DNA of 64,000 nt from Candidatus Levyibacteriota bacterium (GTDB lineage: Bacteria > Patescibacteriota > Microgenomatia > Levybacterales > UBA12049): positions 46,312 to 110,311 of the forward strand of contig JACPLF010000006.1 in the NCBI GenBank assembly GCA_016186645.1, in the 5' to 3' direction. The notes under the pieces are model-generated. The model was not told the DNA's origin. It saw only the letters and a list, made by a program, of their open reading frames with translations, and ran no database searches. Both the position numbers and the translations under genes were made by a program. Shown here piece by piece: positions 60,120 to 64,000 of the stretch (within the stretch, counting starts at the first letter, position 1; each line of letters begins with the position of its first letter).

Positions 60120-61777
60120 GATATTTTCTTGTAGTTATTATAATTCTCTTTATTTACTTACCATGGTTTCAGTTTTCGAAAACTTTATCAAGCGGAGATT
60201 GGCCATATTTGTTTGTAGAAAATATTCAGGCGTTTAAGATTCCAACAGATCTGCCCTTTCTGTGGCTTGAGCCTTACTATCAGCTGACAGCCAAGCTTGG
60301 AGTTCAGTTTTTTTCTTTGCCTTGGGAAGCAGCAGAGAAGATCTTTTGGTTTTTTCCATTTTTGGTAATTAGCTTGGTATCTTCATATTTTTTCTTAAAA
60401 TACCTAGCCTATAAATTTGAGATTGATGGCAAAGAATCTACGATTTTTATATCGCTAGGAAAAATTATTTTTACAGCAAACACTTATATTCTAATGTTGG
60501 TTGGCGGAGGGCAGATGGGAGTTGCAATCGCTTACTCCATGATCCCTCTTGTTTTCCTATTTTTTTTGAAACTTATTGATTCAAATAGTTCTTCGAGTCT
60601 TAATTCAAAATTCAAAATTCAAAATTCAAAATTATATATTTTTGCAATTTTGGCTTTGGGAACCCAATTAATGTTTGATCCGAGAATATTCTTATTGAGT
60701 GTATTTATCGCAGCTCTATATATTTTATTCAGATATAAAGAATTTAATGTAAAAATTTTAAAAAGAATTCTTGTAGTTTTAGTTCTAACTATTGCAACCA
60801 ACTTGTTTTGGATTTTACCTAATTTTGGTTATTTTAATACAGAATATAAATCTGCAATCGACGCAGCAAACGCAGATTTTCTAAGTTTTGCAACCTTTTC
60901 AAATTCAATTTCTCTTTTACACCCAAATTGGCCGGAAAATATATTTGGAAAAATCGGGTTTATGAAACCAGAGTTTATTTTAATACCTATTATTGCATTT
61001 TCCTCCCTTATCTTAGGCAATTCAACAATGAAACAATTTAACAATCGCATAGTCTTATTTTTCGCCTTTTTAGGAATTTTGGGAGCATTCTTTGCTAAAG
61101 GTACAAATCCTCCATTCGGAGAATTATATGGATGGTTATCGAATTTTCCGGGATTTTCTGTCTTCAGAGATCCAACGAAATTTTACATTTTAATAGCGGT
61201 TTCATATATGGTATTAATACCTTTAAGTTTATATAAACTCAGTGAAAAAGTATCAAGTATTAAGTATCCCCCCTTCGCCAAGGCTTTGGCGGGCAGGCAA
61301 GTATTAAGTATAGTTTTTATGGCATTTTGGTTAATAACAATTCATCCTGCTATGCTGGGAAACTTAACGGGAACTTTCAAGCCGCATGATGTTCCAAAAG
61401 AATATATTAGTCTTAAAAACTTTTTGTATTCTCAGACGGCTTTTACAAAAACACTTTGGGTTCCACAGATTGAAAGATTTGGTTTTAATTCAAGGACTAT
61501 TCCTGCGATATCTTCAATGGAGTTGTTTGGAGTAAGTTCCGTCTCCGAAGTATTGGATAAATTTAATACGTTAGAGACAAAAAAACAATTAATAGATGAA
61601 GAAGTAAAATATATTATTATTCCCTATGACTATCTGAAAGAACTTTTCTTAACAGAAAGAAAATACGATGAAAAGTTATATACGGCAACCATTAATAAAT
61701 TGGGAAAAGTTAACTGGCTTTCTGAGATGGAAAGTAAAAGCTTCGGAAAAATTAAAGTGTTTAAGTTATTAGATTAG
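60116..61777 (+). CDS. GT-C-like membrane protein (AftD-like core) carrying three repeat insertions
   Basis: SSGDWP, N.YI, KG.NPPFG.LY, FRDPTKF, VP.EY motifs related to 56384. Confidence 0.7.
   Translation: MRYFLVVIIILFIYLPWFQFSKTLSSGDWPYLFVENIQAFKIPTDLPFLWLEPYYQLTAKLGVQFFSLPWEAAEKIFWFFPFLVISLVSSYFFLKYLAYKFEIDGKESTIFISLGKIIFTANTYILMLVGGGQMGVAIAYSMIPLVFLFFLKLIDSNSSSSLNSKFKIQNSKLYIFAILALGTQLMFDPRIFLLSVFIAALYILFRYKEFNVKILKRILVVLVLTIATNLFWILPNFGYFNTEYKSAIDAANADFLSFATFSNSISLLHPNWPENIFGKIGFMKPEFILIPIIAFSSLILGNSTMKQFNNRIVLFFAFLGILGAFFAKGTNPPFGELYGWLSNFPGFSVFRDPTKFYILIAVSYMVLIPLSLYKLSEKVSSIKYPPFAKALAGRQVLSIVFMAFWLITIHPAMLGNLTGTFKPHDVPKEYISLKNFLYSQTAFTKTLWVPQIERFGFNSRTIPAISSMELFGVSSVSEVLDKFNTLETKKQLIDEEVKYIIIPYDYLKELFLTERKYDEKLYTATINKLGKVNWLSEMESKSFGKIKVFKLLD
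60602..60633. repeat. Perfect heptamer tandem repeat (AATTCAA) x4.6 within CDS
   Basis: AATTCAA AATTCAA AATTCAA AATTCAA AATT, translating as NSKFKIQNSKL. Confidence 0.9.
61018..61045. repeat. Degenerate octamer tandem repeat (CAATNNAA) x3.5 within CDS
   Basis: CAATTCAA CAATGAAA CAATTTAA CAAT. Confidence 0.65.
61248..61311. repeat. 30-bp GC-rich palindromic element (61268-61297) inserted in-frame in an AAGTATY heptamer array
   Basis: CCCCCCTTCGCCAAGGCTTTGGCGGGCAGG (stem CGCCAA/TTGGCG) flanked by a 14-bp direct repeat CAAGTATTAAGTAT (61254-67, 61298-311); encodes PPFAKALAGR. Confidence 0.85.
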
Positions 61778-62377
61778 TTATTTCTCCCCTAAGACAAGTA
61801 TCCAAGGGAAAGGAAGTTTTACTGTTTTTACCTTTACCTCATTTTTTTTAAGAAAATTTAAAAAAGATGCAATTGCCCAATGATTTATATGTCCAGGATC
61901 ATTTCCAAGCCGTGACAAATTCTTTCCTCTCATGAAATTACCCAGCATAAAGAAAGGTTCATTAGGGATAGAGATCAAAACGTGTTTTTTTGACGTTCTT
62001 AATACTTCGCTAAGTACTTTTGCGGGACGTTCCAAATGTTCCAGTACCTCAGTGCAAACAACAAGATCAAAAGAATTATCTTTATAGGGTAGCTGATAAG
62101 CGCTTCCCTCTTTGAATGTTAAGTTTGGAAAGAGTTCTCTTCCAAGAGCTATTGCTTCCTTTGAATGCTCAACCCCCTCTATTTTTTTACCTACTCCAAA
62201 TTTAGCTAACTTATCCATGGTAAATCCTTCCCCACAGCCAGCGTCAAGAATTGTTTGTGGCGATAAAGGTTTTGCCAAGGCAATTAGCGATGAGTAAAAG
62301 TTACTGATTAACAATCTTTGTAAGGGGTTTTTGCTAGTATGTTTGACGAAATTAGTAGGTAGAGAAGTTTTTGTCAT
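61778..62377 (-). CDS. Class I SAM-dependent methyltransferase (type 11)
   Basis: ILDAGCGEG, LPY.DNSFDLVVC.EVLEHL, S.PNEP.F, PGHINHW. Confidence 0.9.
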   Translation of the reverse strand: MTKTSLPTNFVKHTSKNPLQRLLISNFYSSLIALAKPLSPQTILDAGCGEGFTMDKLAKFGVGKKIEGVEHSKEAIALGRELFPNLTFKEGSAYQLPYKDNSFDLVVCTEVLEHLERPAKVLSEVLRTSKKHVLISIPNEPFFMLGNFMRGKNLSRLGNDPGHINHWAIASFLNFLKKNEVKVKTVKLPFPWILVLGEK

Positions 62378-62418
62378 TTAATGGGTTTTGTGTAATAATT
62401 CATTATAGATAAAACATA

Positions 62419-62634
62419 ATGAAGATACAAGATATAGCTTTTTTTGTGGTTTTGGCCTTATTGATTTTTAAACGTAATCCCAAGCTTGCAGTATTTTGCG
62501 GAATTCTGTGTCTTTTCTTGTCAATTCCTCTTTTTTCTTTCTGGATTTTCTTCACAGCAGAACGACTTACATGGTATGCCGCAGCATTTTTTTTCCTAGC
62601 GATTATTTTTTATTTGTTTAAATTCAAAAAATGA
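62419..62634 (+). CDS. Small membrane protein (about 3 TM)
   Basis: Hydrophobic 71-aa ORF with ATGA coupling to 62631. Confidence 0.65.
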   Translation: MKIQDIAFFVVLALLIFKRNPKLAVFCGILCLFLSIPLFSFWIFFTAERLTWYAAAFFFLAIIFYLFKFKK

Positions 62635-63500
62635 GCGATAAACAAAAAGCCCTCGTTTTTATCTTATTAGCGTCTGTCTTAGGAGGAGCGACACAAGCCG
62701 TTATAAAGATTGGTCTTGTGAGTATTCCTCCTTTGGCTTTTGCTTTTATTCGCTTTTTAATTGCAGGAGTTATTATTTCCCCTTTTCTTTTGAAAACTAA
62801 TTTTTTTAAGGATTTAAAACAACTTATACCCTTTTCCCTATTAGGGACGATCAACATTGTATTTTTCATCTTAGGAATTAAAACAACAACTGCAACAATT
62901 GGTACATTGCTATATGCAGGAGTTCCCCTTTTAACAGCCATATTCCTTTTTATTTTGTTTGGAGATCGATTGAATCAAAGAAAAAAAATCGGCATAGCAC
63001 TTGGATTTTTGGGAGTAGTGCTTGTGGCCTTGCTTCCAGTTCTTGAAAAAGAAGTAAAATTTTCCGGTGATCTTTTAGGAAACATGCTTATTAGTATGGG
63101 TGTTGTTTCTTGGTCTTTGTATATGGCGTATTCAAAAAAGAAGCTACAATCTTTTTCTCCGTTCGTTGTTACCTCAGCTTTTATATGGGTAACTTGCATA
63201 GGACTATTTCCATTATTTCTGATTGAGTTAACCTTTTATCCTAATTGGTGGCAGAAACTAACATTTTCCGGCGCTTTGTCTTTGAGTTATATAAGTATTA
63301 TTTCAACTATTATAGTTTATCTGTTAAATCAGTACGCAATAAAGCATGGGGGATCTATTTTGGCTTCCATGCAATTTTATCTTCTTCCAATTTTTGCGTA
63401 CTTATCAGCTTTTTTTCTTTTGGGAGAGCAACTAACAACAGGACTTATTATTGGTGGAATATTAGCGCTTTTGGGAGTTTATATTACAACTAAGAAATGA
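62631..63500 (+). CDS. EamA/DMT family transporter
   Basis: 10 TM, K.GL..IPP..FAFIRF.IA, P..TA, G.., P.FA...A...LGE.LT....GG. Confidence 0.9.
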   Translation: MSDKQKALVFILLASVLGGATQAVIKIGLVSIPPLAFAFIRFLIAGVIISPFLLKTNFFKDLKQLIPFSLLGTINIVFFILGIKTTTATIGTLLYAGVPLLTAIFLFILFGDRLNQRKKIGIALGFLGVVLVALLPVLEKEVKFSGDLLGNMLISMGVVSWSLYMAYSKKKLQSFSPFVVTSAFIWVTCIGLFPLFLIELTFYPNWWQKLTFSGALSLSYISIISTIIVYLLNQYAIKHGGSILASMQFYLLPIFAYLSAFFLLGEQLTTGLIIGGILALLGVYITTKK

Positions 63501-64000
63501 AAATAAAAATAAATTTTTCTAATAAGTTAATTAAGACTTTAATTTTTTCCTTCCTTCTTTTGCCTTTTTTTATATTACTTTTCAAGATTTCTTACCAGAG
63601 ATTTGCGATGTTTGGATGTTTTGATGAGTGCTTTAATTACCTCGCCGGCTATTTCATGTTTGATGGAAAAATATTATATAAAGATATTTTTTTTCACCAT
63701 CAAATGTTAATGCCATACCTAAGTTACGTAATACATCTTATCTCTCATCCGGATTCCATCTATCAATTAGTTCTTTATCATCGCATGTTCATATTCGTCT
63801 TTGCTTTTTTAATGGATTTGTTTATTATCTATCGTTTTGGTAAGCCAGGAGTTGGTTTTGTTCTTTTATTTGAAGCCACAAAATTTTATTTTATGGGAAG
63901 TCTTTTTCTTCCGGAATCTCTAGTCGTATATTTGCAGGTATATTTACTTGGATTGTGTTGGGTAAAATTGACCGGAAAAAACCTATCTTCCTTTGATTAT
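63497..64000 (+). CDS. GT-C-like membrane glycosyltransferase, N-terminal part (3' truncated by window edge)
   Basis: ATGA-coupled start, frame open to window end; GCFDECFNY...G..LYKDIF.HH resembles 30554/31959. Confidence 0.7.
   Translation, partial: MKIKINFSNKLIKTLIFSFLLLPFFILLFKISYQRFAMFGCFDECFNYLAGYFMFDGKILYKDIFFHHQMLMPYLSYVIHLISHPDSIYQLVLYHRMFIFVFAFLMDLFIIYRFGKPGVGFVLLFEATKFYFMGSLFLPESLVVYLQVYLLGLCWVKLTGKNLSSFDY

Noticed and set aside
6117-62377. Shufflon or invertible cassettes explaining the eight minus-strand blocks
   Set aside because: No inverted repeats at both ends of any block and no recombinase in the window; the recurring ATTGTGTTATAAT and TATGATAAAAT words are explained as extended -10 promoters
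1857-63493. Numerous short alternative-frame and antisense ORFs in the ORF track (e.g. 5026-5319, 8295-8621, 21657-22088, 39467-39847, 53864-54220)
   Set aside because: Lie within well-supported genes and have no motifs; the similarity of 5026 and 8295 just mirrors the paralogous sense genes
1-64000. Alternative genetic code (TGA recoding as in Gracilibacteria)
   Set aside because: Full-length genes end at TGA, often in ATGA overlaps, with no in-frame TGA interrupting conserved domains

Overview
AT-rich, gene-dense window that is almost entirely one very large cell-surface glycan biosynthesis and decoration locus. It uses genetic code 11 (TGA is a stop). A DUF5667-like gene, scarce Shine-Dalgarno sites, many GT-C genes and the compact layout suggest a Patescibacteria/CPR (Microgenomates-like) genome, which is an inference. 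Content: about 11 GT-C-fold membrane glycosyltransferases, 7 polyprenol-phosphate-type GT2s, 2 other GT2s, 6 GT4s, 9 SAM methyltransferases, a Wzx flippase, an MBOAT+SGNH O-acylation pair, a polysaccharide deacetylase, and nucleotide-sugar enzymes for deoxy/amino/branched sugars (two His-type PLP dehydratases, a perosamine-type aminotransferase, Gmd/Fcl-like, RfbE-like pair, split mini-transketolase, RmlC/RmlD-like). No rRNA, tRNA, CRISPR, integrase or transposase was seen. Most notable signals: (1) a family of ~30-35 bp GC-rich palindromic mini-elements, three nested inside each other at 21.5 kb and one inserted in-frame in a CDS at 61.3 kb inside a heptamer array; (2) two divergent, apparently leaderless genes sharing one CATG, each with its -10 box inside the other gene; (3) pervasive -10-box/ATG leaderless architecture with 16 strand switches and zero-gap convergent junctions; (4) an exact 141-bp repeat in two GT-C paralogs, both showing deletions at the same base (gene conversion or misassembly); (5) non-triplet tandem repeats inside one GT-C gene.
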